Below, one piece after another: positions 38,922 to 48,355 of a stretch of DNA of 52,346 nucleotides. Under the pieces are notes generated by a model. That model was not told the origin of the DNA and made no database searches. It was given only the letters and a program-made list of their open reading frames with translations. Location of the stretch: the NCBI GenBank assembly GCA_964424705.1, contig CAYRKB010000006.1:4554-56899 (forward strand), written 5' to 3'. Made by a program: the position numbers and the translations under genes. Origin of the DNA: an uncultured Victivallales bacterium (GTDB lineage Bacteria; Verrucomicrobiota; Kiritimatiellia; UBA8416; CAYRKB01). How positions within the stretch are numbered: position 1 is the first letter of the stretch; each line of letters begins with the position of its first letter.

Positions 38922-40091
38922 ATGAAGGCAATGCGATGGCTGGTGGCGGCGTGGATGGCGGGATGCGCGGTGGTTTCGGGCGCGCCGGTGGAGAAGGGGC
39001 CTGCCCTGGTGTCGGCGCAGCCGCCGGCCGGCCCGCTCAACGAGTCGCTTGCCAACGAGACGCGCGCTGCGCTGAACCGCGGGCTGGACTGGCTGGCGGC
39101 GCAGCAGAAGCCGGACGGCTCCTGGTCCAGCCCCGACTACCCGGCGCTCACCGGGCTCGCCCTGTGGTCGTTCGCCCGCAGCGAGGAGCCCGCCCGCAAG
39201 GCGGTCGCCGCCAGGGCGGCGAAGTACATCCTGACCTGCGTGCAGACCAACGGCGGAATCTACCGGGACGTGCCCGGCCGCAAGGGCGGCGGGCTGAGCA
39301 ACTACAACACGGCCATCTGCATGACCGCGCTGCACGCGCTGCGGGATCCCGCGCTGGCGCCGGTGATTCTCCGCGCGCGCGCATTCCTCGCGGGCGGGCA
39401 GCATTTCGGGGGCGACAATTACAACGGCGGGTTCGGCTACGACCGCGACACCGGGCGCGCGTATACGGATCTTCTGAATACCTTCTACGCGGCCGAAGCC
39501 ATGTACCAGACGGCGGACGTGGAGGACGTGCGGGCCAAGGGCGAGGCGCGCGTGGATATCAACTGGGCGGAGACCGTCAAGTTCATCGAGCGCATGCAGA
39601 ACAAGCCCGAGTCCGGCGATGAGAATGCAGGCGGGTTCTTCTACAATCCGACCGATCCCAAGGCGGGCGCCACCACCAATGCGCAGGGCGTGGTCGTGTT
39701 CCGTTCGTACGGCAGCATCACATACGCCGGCATGCTGGCCCTGATCTACGCCAACGTGGGGCGTGATGACGTGCGCGTGAAGTCGGCCATGGACTGGGCG
39801 GCCAAGCACTGGACGCTGGAGGAAAACCCCGGGATGGGCGCGGACGGGGTCTATTTCTTCTACAACATCTTGAGCCGTTCCCTCTCCGCGAGCGGGCGCG
39901 ACGTGATTCCGCAGACGGGCAACACTCTTCTCAATTGGCGCGAGGAGCTGGCGAAGAAGCTGATCAAGATCCAGCGGGTGGATGAGAAAACGGGACACGG
40001 CTACTGGCAAAATGACTCAGGCCGCTATTCGGAGAACGACCCGGTGCTGGTGACTGCCTACAGCCTCCTCGCGCTGGAGTCGCTGCAGTAG
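38922..40091 (+). CDS. Exported prenyltransferase/squalene-cyclase-repeat protein
   Basis: Signal peptide, QW-like motifs GLDWLAAQQKPDGSW, GGFGY, GGFFY, YGSITYAG, ENPGMG, LVTAYSLLAL. Confidence 0.8.
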   Translation: MKAMRWLVAAWMAGCAVVSGAPVEKGPALVSAQPPAGPLNESLANETRAALNRGLDWLAAQQKPDGSWSSPDYPALTGLALWSFARSEEPARKAVAARAAKYILTCVQTNGGIYRDVPGRKGGGLSNYNTAICMTALHALRDPALAPVILRARAFLAGGQHFGGDNYNGGFGYDRDTGRAYTDLLNTFYAAEAMYQTADVEDVRAKGEARVDINWAETVKFIERMQNKPESGDENAGGFFYNPTDPKAGATTNAQGVVVFRSYGSITYAGMLALIYANVGRDDVRVKSAMDWAAKHWTLEENPGMGADGVYFFYNILSRSLSASGRDVIPQTGNTLLNWREELAKKLIKIQRVDEKTGHGYWQNDSGRYSENDPVLVTAYSLLALESLQ

Positions 40092-40102
40092 GACTGCTTA
40101 AT

Positions 40103-42301
40103 CTGACCACTCGAACAGACAACCCATCCCCGGATACCACTGGGGTCAGACTTGACGCGCTGCTGTCGCAACATTTCGGGTTCGGTGGCTTCAATCCCGG
40201 CCAGCGCGAGCCGATTGACGCCGTTCTGGCGGGCCAGGACGCGGTGGTGGTCATGCCCACCGGCGCGGGTAAGTCGCTCTGCTACCAGCTGCCCGCCATG
40301 CTCATGGAGGGGATCACCCTCGTGGTGTCGCCGCTGATCTCGCTCATGAAGGACCAGGTTGACGGCCTGGCGAAGCGCGGCCTGCCTGCCACCTGCCTGA
40401 ACTCCTCGGTCTCGATGGAGGAAGTCGCTGCGCGCGTGAGCGACCTGCGTCAAGGCCGCACGAAGCTTGTCTACGTGGCGCCGGAACGCTTCCGCAACGA
40501 GCACTTTCGGGAACTGCTCGGGGATCTGAACATTTCGCTGCTGGCTGTGGACGAGGCTCACTGCATCAGTCAGTGGGGGCACGATTTCCGTCCCGACTAC
40601 CTGCGCCTGGGCGAAGCGGTCCGGGCCCTGCCGCGGGCGCGCATCATGGCGCTGACGGCCACCGCCACGCCCGACGTGCAGCGGGATATCGTGAAGCAGC
40701 TCGCGCTCGGGGCGAACGGCCGTCCCGCGCCCCGCGTGTTCGTAAGCGGGTTCCGGCGCGAGAGCCTGCGCCTGGTCGTGAGCCGCGTGGCCACGCATGA
40801 CGACAAGCTGCGGCGCATCGAGCGCGTTCTAGCCGCATTCCCGACCGGCATCATCTATTGCAGCACGCGCAAACAGGTGGAGCGGGTGGGCGTTTTGCTA
40901 AGCGAGCAGAAGATCCAGCATGTGGTTTACCACGCGGGGCTCGAGGACAAGATCCGCCAGCGTGCGCAGGAGCGGTTCATGGGCGGCGAAGTGCCCGTCG
41001 CCGTCGCTACCAACGCCTTCGGCATGGGCGTGGACCGAGCCGACCTTCGGTGCGTGATCCACTGGGACATTCCGGGCAGCGTCGAGGCGTACTACCAGGA
41101 GGTGGGGCGCGCGGGGCGCGACGGCGCCCTCGCGCACTGTGAGCTGCTCTACAACTATTCCGACGTGCGGACGCAGGAGTTCTTTCTGGATGGCTCCAAT
41201 CCCGCCCCCGATGTGGTCCTCGGCGCGTGGGGGGAGGTGCGCGCCATCCTGCGCAAGGGCCCGCAGACCCGCCCGCTCGACGAATGGGCCGGCGAAATCC
41301 ATGCGACGGACAACAAGATCGCAGTCCACACCTGCATGGGCCTGTACGAGCGCGCCGGGCTGATCCGCCGCGCGATCGGGCCCGGCGCGCGCTGCTACAC
41401 CACCGCCCTTGTGGAAGGCGCCGAGGAAAGCCGCCTGCGCGAGGCCCTTCCCTCGCTGAAGGAGAAGAGACAGCGTGACATGCGGAAGCTGGAGCTGATC
41501 CTGCGCTACGTGGACGCCCGCGAATGCCGGCACCGGTTCATTCTCGATTACTTCGGCGAAGCGGCCCAGTCAACGGCCGCCTGCGGCCATTGCGACCACT
41601 GCGGATTCGATGCCGCCATTCCGGCCCGGGCGCCGACTGAGGCGGAGTGGCTGGTCGTGCAGAAGCTGTTGAGCTGCGTGGGCCGCCTCGATGGGCGGTT
41701 CGGGCGCAATACTGTGATTGCGGTGCTGACCGGATCAAAGGCCAGGGAAATAACGGATTGCGACCTGCATCAGGTGCCGATCCACGGGGCGCTGACCGGC
41801 GAGCGGCCAGCCTATCTCCGGGGCGTATTCGACGAACTGGTTCGTCTGGGCGCCATGGAGCTGGGGCCCGCCCCCTGCCATGTCGCCAGCCTGACGCAGC
41901 GCGGGCGCGATATTGCCTGGCGGCGTGAATCGGTTTCGCTCCGCTGGCCCACCCGCGAGGGATCAATCGCCGCGTTGGCGAACCCAAACCACGGCTCCGC
42001 ACGGGGTACGCGTCAGCCCGCCGGTCCGCGGCGCCGGACGCCTGCCGCGCCTGCCGCGGGCGGCGTTCTGTCCATCAGCGAGAAGAGGGTTGTGAACGGG
42101 CTCAAGGAATGGCGCAAAGAAGAAGCCCGCCAAAGGGGCGCTCCGGCTTTCACGGTCTTCGGCGACCGCACGCTGAAGGCGATCGCCGTGGCTCAGCCAG
42201 ACACGCTGGCCGCCCTTGAGCGCATCCCGGGGATTGGCCCCGCCAAGCTCGAAGCCTACGGCGACGCAATCCTCAAGCTGCTCGACAGATTGAGCCCTTG
42301 A
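40103..42301 (+). CDS. recQ: RecQ-family DNA helicase with Zn-binding, RQC and HRDC domains; start inferred
   Basis: FGF..F.PGQ motif 0, MPTGAGKSLCYQ, DEAHCISQWGHDFRP, QEVGRAGRDG, CGHCDHC, C-terminal HRDC. First canonical start is 40244; CTG at 40103 proposed. Confidence 0.9.
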   Translation: MTTRTDNPSPDTTGVRLDALLSQHFGFGGFNPGQREPIDAVLAGQDAVVVMPTGAGKSLCYQLPAMLMEGITLVVSPLISLMKDQVDGLAKRGLPATCLNSSVSMEEVAARVSDLRQGRTKLVYVAPERFRNEHFRELLGDLNISLLAVDEAHCISQWGHDFRPDYLRLGEAVRALPRARIMALTATATPDVQRDIVKQLALGANGRPAPRVFVSGFRRESLRLVVSRVATHDDKLRRIERVLAAFPTGIIYCSTRKQVERVGVLLSEQKIQHVVYHAGLEDKIRQRAQERFMGGEVPVAVATNAFGMGVDRADLRCVIHWDIPGSVEAYYQEVGRAGRDGALAHCELLYNYSDVRTQEFFLDGSNPAPDVVLGAWGEVRAILRKGPQTRPLDEWAGEIHATDNKIAVHTCMGLYERAGLIRRAIGPGARCYTTALVEGAEESRLREALPSLKEKRQRDMRKLELILRYVDARECRHRFILDYFGEAAQSTAACGHCDHCGFDAAIPARAPTEAEWLVVQKLLSCVGRLDGRFGRNTVIAVLTGSKAREITDCDLHQVPIHGALTGERPAYLRGVFDELVRLGAMELGPAPCHVASLTQRGRDIAWRRESVSLRWPTREGSIAALANPNHGSARGTRQPAGPRRRTPAAPAAGGVLSISEKRVVNGLKEWRKEEARQRGAPAFTVFGDRTLKAIAVAQPDTLAALERIPGIGPAKLEAYGDAILKLLDRLSP

Positions 42302-42310
42302 CCGGCCTTC

Positions 42311-43516
42311 TCACTTGCCGAGAGCTTTACGGAGCGCCTGGGTGAGCATAGGCACGATCGTCAGCGCGTCGCCCACAATACCGTAGGTGGCGTGCTTGAA
42401 GATCGGCGCGTCCGGATCCTTATTGATCGCGACGATGATTTCCGCGGAAGACATGCCGGCGAGGTGCTGAATCTGGCCGCTGATGCCGCACGCGATATAG
42501 ATCTTGGGGCAGACGGTCTTGCCGGTCTGGCCGACCTGATGCGAATAGGCGATCCAATCGGAATCCACGGCTGCGCGGGAGGCGCCGATGGCCCCGCCGA
42601 CCACCTCGGCCAGCTCGTTGAGTAAAGCGAAATGCTCGGGCTTCTGCATGCCCCGGCCGCCGGACACGATGATGTTCGCCTCGGCAATGTTCACCGATGC
42701 GCCCGCTTCAGGCACCATCTTCAGGCGCTTGGTGCGCGATGCCAGCAGCATCTCGGCGATTTCGACGGCAACCACTTCTCCCTTGCGGGCGCTGTCCACG
42801 ACCGCTTCTTTCATGACCTTGTGCCGCACCGTCGACATCTGGGGGCGGTGGTTGGGCGCCACGATGGTCGCCATGATGTTGCCTCCGAACGCAGGGCGCG
42901 TCTGGAGAAGGTTCTTGGTCTCCGGATCGATCGCCAGGCCCGTGCAGTCTGCCGTGAGGCCGGCGTGGACTGTCACGGCGACGCGCGCCACCAGGCTGCG
43001 GCCGACCGTGGACGCGCCGCACAGCAGGATGTTCGGCTTCAGCCGCTGGACGAGATCGATCAGCACGGCCGCATAGGGCTCGTCCTGAAAATATGCCAGC
43101 TGCGGTCGATCCACCACGAGCACCCTGTCGGCCCCGCGCGCGATCAGGTCCTGCGCTTTGCCGGCAATGTCAGAGCCCAGCAGGACGGCGCAGAGCTTCA
43201 TGTTAAGCTGGTCTGCGAGCTTGCGGCCCTCGCCCAGCAGTTCGTAGGTGACGGACTGGATATGGCCGTCTTCCTGCTCGGCAAAAACCCACACATCCTT
43301 GTATTCGCTCAAATCGCGTGCGACGGCGGTAGACTTCTTGAGATCGATGGCCTCAAACTTGCACGCCGCGACGCAGGCGCCACAGAGCGTGCACTTGGTG
43401 AGGTCGATGCTGGCGAGGCGGTTTTCGACCTTGATCGCCCCGAACGGGCAGGCCTTCACGCACAACGTGCAGCCGACGCAGTTATCTACGAGCACCTTGA
43501 TGGGTTCATCTGCCAT
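42311..43516 (-). CDS. etfA: Electron transfer flavoprotein alpha subunit with N-terminal 2x[4Fe-4S] ferredoxin domain
   Basis: Two CxxCxxCxxxC motifs, GLTADCT, TRPAFGGN, VSGGRG, QVGQTGKTV, GISGQIQHLAGM. Confidence 0.95.
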   Translation of the reverse strand: MADEPIKVLVDNCVGCTLCVKACPFGAIKVENRLASIDLTKCTLCGACVAACKFEAIDLKKSTAVARDLSEYKDVWVFAEQEDGHIQSVTYELLGEGRKLADQLNMKLCAVLLGSDIAGKAQDLIARGADRVLVVDRPQLAYFQDEPYAAVLIDLVQRLKPNILLCGASTVGRSLVARVAVTVHAGLTADCTGLAIDPETKNLLQTRPAFGGNIMATIVAPNHRPQMSTVRHKVMKEAVVDSARKGEVVAVEIAEMLLASRTKRLKMVPEAGASVNIAEANIIVSGGRGMQKPEHFALLNELAEVVGGAIGASRAAVDSDWIAYSHQVGQTGKTVCPKIYIACGISGQIQHLAGMSSAEIIVAINKDPDAPIFKHATYGIVGDALTIVPMLTQALRKALGK

Positions 43517-43531
43517 GACTTCGTCCCTCGG

Positions 43532-44323
43532 TTACGCTGCACCGACCACGGCGTCGCGCAGTTTTTCTACAAGCTGTTTCACCATATCCTCCGGTTCCCC
43601 TGCCAGCATCTGTCCGCCCGAGCGGGGCGCCGGCGTGAAAATGCGGACCACCTTGGTGGGCGAGCCCTCCAGCCCGAGCTTTGACGGCTCCGCGCCGATG
43701 TCGGCGGCGGTCCACTTGATGATGGTCGCCTTCTTGGCCGCCATCTTGCCCTTGAGGGACGGCAGGCGGGGCTCGTTAAGCTCCTTCACAACCGTGAGCA
43801 GGCAGGGCAGGGGAGACTGCACGACTTCGTAGCCGCTTTCGAGCAGGCGCTCCGCCACGATCTGCGTCTCATCGATCTGCTCGATCTTTCGCACATACGT
43901 GATTTGTGGCAGGTTCAGATGGGTGGCGAGGCCAGGCCCCACCTGGGCCGTATCGCCGTCCGACGCCTGCTTCCCGCACAGGATGAGATCGAAGTCGCCG
44001 ATCTTGAGGAGCCCCCTCGCCATGGCGTAGCTCGTCGCCCACGTGTCGCTTCCCGCGAACGCTCGATCGGAAAGGAGCACGCCCTCATCCACGCCCATGG
44101 CGATAGCCTCGCGCAAGGCGGAATCGGCCTGGGGCGGGCCCATGCAGATCGCCGTGACTTTGCCGCCCAGCTTGGTCTTGAGGCGCAGCGCCTCCTCGAT
44201 GGCGTACATGTCGAACGGGTTGATGATTGACTCGACCCCTTCACGCATCAACGTATTCGTCTCAGGGTTGATTCGTACGTCTGCCGTGTTGGGCACCTGC
44301 TTAATGCATACTACAAAGTGCAT
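43532..44323 (-). CDS. etfB: Electron transfer flavoprotein beta subunit
   Basis: VCIKQVP, NPFDMYAIEEA, DRAFAGSDT, GKQASDGDTAQVGP, NEPRLP. Confidence 0.95.
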   Translation of the reverse strand: MHFVVCIKQVPNTADVRINPETNTLMREGVESIINPFDMYAIEEALRLKTKLGGKVTAICMGPPQADSALREAIAMGVDEGVLLSDRAFAGSDTWATSYAMARGLLKIGDFDLILCGKQASDGDTAQVGPGLATHLNLPQITYVRKIEQIDETQIVAERLLESGYEVVQSPLPCLLTVVKELNEPRLPSLKGKMAAKKATIIKWTAADIGAEPSKLGLEGSPTKVVRIFTPAPRSGGQMLAGEPEDMVKQLVEKLRDAVVGAA

Positions 44324-44461
44324 CTTGTTCCCTTCCCTTCACATCCTCCCGCAAAAGCCACGGAGGCTACAGCAAGTGCAGGATGCTGTTCAAGGCGCAA
44401 TTGCGGAGCGTCCGCAAAACAGTAGTTTTGTCCCCGGTCCGCCGCGGATCGGCACGCGCGC

Positions 44462-45562
44462 CTACTCTCGCAGCACGACCACGTCCGCCGGATCGATCCA
44501 GACCGATGTCTTTTCCATCCGGTCCAGAGCCACGGTCTTCGGGCTGAGTTCGAACGCCTTGAACGTGATCTCCCCGCCGGGCGCGCCGCCCGTGCGTCGC
44601 GGCAGACTGACCTGGTGCTGGGCCATTTCCCCGAGGTACATGCTGTGGTGCAGAGTGCCGCCAAACAGGTTCGTCGCGCCGGCGGGAGCCTGGTGGAGGC
44701 GCAGCACCTCCGGGCGGATTGACACGGTTACAGTCGTCCCCGCCGGCAGCGGGCCGTCCGGCGCCCGGGCGCTATGGATTCTGCCCACGGGCGTTTCGAT
44801 CACGATGAGCCCGCCCGCCCGATCCCCGACTGTGCCCTGCAGGAAGTTCGTTTCCCCGATAAACCCCGCGACGAAGGCCGTGCGCGGGCGCCGGTACACC
44901 TCCTGCGGCGTCCCGACCTGCTGGACCTGCCCGCCGTTGAAAATAGCCAGCCGGTCGGCGATGGAAAGCGCTTCCTTCTGGTCGTGCGTCACGTAAATCG
45001 CCGTGAGCCCTGCTTCCTTGCAGATGCGCCGTATTTCCGCGCGCATCTCGAGCCGCAGCTTGGCATCAAGGTTCGAGAGCGGCTCGTCGAGAAGGAGGCA
45101 CTGCGGGTGGACGACCAGCGCGCGCGCCAGGGCGACGCGCTGCTGCTGCCCGCCGGAAAGCTGGTTCGGCTTGTGCGAAGCCCGGTCGGTCAGCTTCACC
45201 GTCGCAAGCACTTCCGCCACGCGCTTGCTGATTTCGCTTTTCGGCAGGCGGCGCATCTCGAGGCCGAACGCCACGTTCTCCGCGACGCTCATGTGCGGCC
45301 ACAACGCATAGCTCTGGAATACCATCCCGGTGTCGCGCAGGTGCGGCGGAACGCGCGTGATATCCCGGTCCCCCAGCCGGATGGCGCCGCTGTCCGGCTC
45401 GCAGAAGCCCGCGATGCAGCGCAGCAGGGTCGTCTTTCCGCACCCGCTCGGCCCAAGCAGGAAGAATAGCTCGCCCGGCTCGATGGCCAGGCTGACCTGG
45501 TCGACGGCGCGCGTCGGCCCGAAGGCCTTGTTCAGACTCTCGATTCGCACTGCAACTGCCAT
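44462..45562 (-). CDS. ABC transporter ATP-binding subunit (PotA/FbpC-type, TOBE domain)
   Basis: GPSGCGKTT, VFQSYALWPHM, LSGGQQQRVALARA, LLDEPLSNLD, YVTHDQ. Confidence 0.93.
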   Translation of the reverse strand: MAVAVRIESLNKAFGPTRAVDQVSLAIEPGELFFLLGPSGCGKTTLLRCIAGFCEPDSGAIRLGDRDITRVPPHLRDTGMVFQSYALWPHMSVAENVAFGLEMRRLPKSEISKRVAEVLATVKLTDRASHKPNQLSGGQQQRVALARALVVHPQCLLLDEPLSNLDAKLRLEMRAEIRRICKEAGLTAIYVTHDQKEALSIADRLAIFNGGQVQQVGTPQEVYRRPRTAFVAGFIGETNFLQGTVGDRAGGLIVIETPVGRIHSARAPDGPLPAGTTVTVSIRPEVLRLHQAPAGATNLFGGTLHHSMYLGEMAQHQVSLPRRTGGAPGGEITFKAFELSPKTVALDRMEKTSVWIDPADVVVLRE

Positions 45563-45661
45563 GGGCATCTCCGGTGCCGGGAGCTGGAGGACCCGCGCAC
45601 GGCAACTTTGTACCCGCGCTTGCTGCGGTTTGGCAAGGACTTGCTGAAAGCGGCGAGAGGG

Positions 45662-45690
45662 TTGCGGCCCGGGGTATCGTGCGCTATACT
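45662..45690 (+). promoter_or_regulatory. Sigma70-type promoter of the dxs operon
   Basis: TTGCGG (45662-45667), 17 bp, TATACT (45685-45690). Confidence 0.65.
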
Positions 45691-45697
45691 CCCACGC

Positions 45698-47575
45698 GTG
45701 GACAGCATACTCGACACTCTTGACCTGCCCGGCGACATCCGCGGTCTCACGCTTGCCCAGCTCGGAGACGTGGCGAAGGAGACGCGCTCCCTGATCATCG
45801 AGACCGTCAGCCGCACGGGGGGGCACCTTGGCGCCAACCTGGGCGTGGTTGAGCTCACCGCGGCGATGCTGAAGGTGTTCGACGTGTCGCAGGACAAGAT
45901 GACCTGGGACGTCAGCCACCAGTGCTACGCGTACAAGATTCTGACGGACCGCAGGCAGCGGTTCGGCTCCCTGCGTCAGCCGGGCGGCATCTCGGGGTTC
46001 CTCAGGCGGGATGAGAGCCCGTACGACGCCTATGGCGCCGGGCACGCGGGCACGGCCCTGTCCGCCGCGCTCGGCATGGCGGTTGCGCGGGACCGCCGCG
46101 GCGGCAGCGAGCATGTGATCGCCGTGATCGGCGACGCGTCCGCGTCGTGCGGTTCCTCGTTCGAGGCGCTCAACAACGTGGCCGGGACGACCCCGCGCCT
46201 GATCGTGATCCTTAACGACAACGAAATGTCCATCTCGGCGAACGTGGGCTCCCTGTCCCGGTACCTGGGGGGGCTGCTCTCCGCCCCGCGCTACAACCGC
46301 TGGAAGAAGTCGATCGAGAACGTAGCCGTCCGGCGCCTGCGCCTGGGCTGGATGCGGCGGGCCTACTACCGCATGGAGGAGGCCATCAAGAGCCTGTTCC
46401 TCGACAGCATGATCTTCGAGGAGTTCGGGCTGCGCTACATCGGGCCGATTGACGGGCATAACCTGGCGGCGCTCGTCGACGCCCTGACCATCGCGCGCGA
46501 TTCGGAAAAGCCGATTGTTCTGCATGTCGCGACGACGAAGGGCTACGGCTATCCTTTCGCCGAGGAGGACCCCGAGAAGTGGCACGGCACGTGCGCGTTC
46601 GAGATCGAAACCGGGCTCCAGAACAGCGCCCCGCCGCGCGTCACATACTCGCAGGTTTTCGGCCGGACCGTGGAGCGGCTTGCTGCGCAGGATTCGCGCA
46701 TCGTGGCGATCACGGCGGGCATGTGCGCGGGGACCGGGCTCCAGGGCTTTAAGGCGAAATTTCCGGGCCGCTTCTTTGATGTCGGCATTGCGGAGGAGCA
46801 TGCCGGGCTCTTTGCCGCGGGCCTGGCGGCCGCGGGAGCGCTGCCGTTCTACGCCGTGTATTCCACGTTCTCCCAGCGGCTGGTGGATTGCATGATCCAT
46901 GACATCTGCCTGCAGAATCTGCCGGTCGTGCTCTGCCTGGACCGGGCCGGCATCGTGGGGGATGACGGGCCCACGCATCACGGGGTGTTCGATATTGCGC
47001 TGCTGCGCTGTGTGCCCGGCCTCGTCTTCATGCAGCCGCGCGACGAGCCTGAGCTGGCCAACATGCTGTACACGGCGGCGCGCCTGCACCGGCCTGTCGT
47101 CATCCGCTACCCGCGCGGGTCGGGCACGGGCGCCGCGCTGCCGCAGGAATACAGCGAGCTGCAGGTCGGCGCGGCGGAAGTGGTGCGGCCGGGGCGCGCG
47201 GCGCAGATCTGGGCGCTGGGCGACATGGTTCCCGCGGCGGAGAAGGCCGCGCTCCTTCTGCAGAAGGAGGGCGTTGACGCAGGCGTCGTCAATGCCCGCT
47301 TTATTCGTCCCCTGGACACCTCGCTGCTGCGCGCGCAGGCGCAGGAAGCGGCGGTCTTCGCCACGATGGAGAACGGCGTGTTGGCCGGGGGCTTTGGCAG
47401 CTCCGTCGCGGAGGACCTGGCCGCGCAGCGCTATGCCGGACGCGTGCTGCGCTTCGGGTGGCCGGATTCTTTTGTGCCGCAGGGCGCGCCGGGCCTGCTG
47501 ATGGCGCAGTTCGGCCTTACGGCGGAGGCGGTCGCGGATGCGATCCGCCGCGAGCTCGGGGCGAATCGAATCTGA
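45698..47575 (+). CDS. dxs: 1-deoxy-D-xylulose-5-phosphate synthase
   Basis: GGHLGANLGVVELT, WDVSHQCY, GAGHA, LNDNEMSIS, GPIDGH, DVGIAEEHA, DRAG..G.DGPTH, IRYPRG. Confidence 0.96.
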   Translation: MDSILDTLDLPGDIRGLTLAQLGDVAKETRSLIIETVSRTGGHLGANLGVVELTAAMLKVFDVSQDKMTWDVSHQCYAYKILTDRRQRFGSLRQPGGISGFLRRDESPYDAYGAGHAGTALSAALGMAVARDRRGGSEHVIAVIGDASASCGSSFEALNNVAGTTPRLIVILNDNEMSISANVGSLSRYLGGLLSAPRYNRWKKSIENVAVRRLRLGWMRRAYYRMEEAIKSLFLDSMIFEEFGLRYIGPIDGHNLAALVDALTIARDSEKPIVLHVATTKGYGYPFAEEDPEKWHGTCAFEIETGLQNSAPPRVTYSQVFGRTVERLAAQDSRIVAITAGMCAGTGLQGFKAKFPGRFFDVGIAEEHAGLFAAGLAAAGALPFYAVYSTFSQRLVDCMIHDICLQNLPVVLCLDRAGIVGDDGPTHHGVFDIALLRCVPGLVFMQPRDEPELANMLYTAARLHRPVVIRYPRGSGTGAALPQEYSELQVGAAEVVRPGRAAQIWALGDMVPAAEKAALLLQKEGVDAGVVNARFIRPLDTSLLRAQAQEAAVFATMENGVLAGGFGSSVAEDLAAQRYAGRVLRFGWPDSFVPQGAPGLLMAQFGLTAEAVADAIRRELGANRI

Positions 47576-47587
47576 GGAGCCCGCGCC

Positions 47588-48355
47588 ATGGCCCGTGAGC
47601 GACTGGATGTGCTTCTTACCGGGCGCGGGCTTGCCGAAAGCCGGGAGAAGGCGCAGCGGCTTATTCAGGCGGGGCAGGTGACGGTGGACGGCCAGCGCGA
47701 GACCCGCGCCGGGCACTGCTTTGCGCCGGACGCCGCCATTGTTCTTGCGGCGCCGCCGCGATTCGTGAGCCGCGGCGGCGAGAAGCTCGAAGGCGCGTTC
47801 GCCGCATTCGGGCTGGACGTGGCCGGGAAGGTGTGTCTCGACGTGGGGTCGTCCACCGGCGGCTTTACCGATTGCCTGCTGCAGCATGGCGCGGCGCGCG
47901 TGTATGCCGTGGACGTTGGGAAAGGCCAGCTGCACTGGAAGCTGCGTAACGACCCGCGCGTGGTCGTGCGGGAGGAGTTCAACGCGCGGTACCTGCAGCC
48001 GGGCGATCTTCCGGAAAAGCCGGCGGCCGCGGTGGTCGATGTCTCTTTCATCTCGCTGACGAAGGTGCTGCCGGCCGTGATCGCGGCGCTCGCGAACGAC
48101 GCGGTCGTGGTGACGCTGATCAAGCCGCAGTTTGAAGCGGGCCGGGCGCAGATCGAGCGCGGCGGCGTCGTGCGCGATCCCGCAGTGCGGGCGGCGGTGG
48201 TGGAGGAGATCCGGCGCTTCGGCACCGGGGCGCTGGGCCTGGCGTGGATCGGCTTCTGCGAATCTCCGCTGCGGGGGCCGGCGGGCAACGTGGAGTTTCT
48301 GGCGTGCTGGAAGAAGGCGGGGCAGGCAGAGAGTGCGGACGGAGGCACAGAATGA
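47588..48355 (+). CDS. tlyA: TlyA-family rRNA methyltransferase
   Basis: S4 domain ERLD.LL, FVSRGGEKL, DVGSSTGGFTD, DVSFISL, LIKPQFE, GPAGNVEF. Confidence 0.93.
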   Translation: MARERLDVLLTGRGLAESREKAQRLIQAGQVTVDGQRETRAGHCFAPDAAIVLAAPPRFVSRGGEKLEGAFAAFGLDVAGKVCLDVGSSTGGFTDCLLQHGAARVYAVDVGKGQLHWKLRNDPRVVVREEFNARYLQPGDLPEKPAAAVVDVSFISLTKVLPAVIAALANDAVVVTLIKPQFEAGRAQIERGGVVRDPAVRAAVVEEIRRFGTGALGLAWIGFCESPLRGPAGNVEFLACWKKAGQAESADGGTE

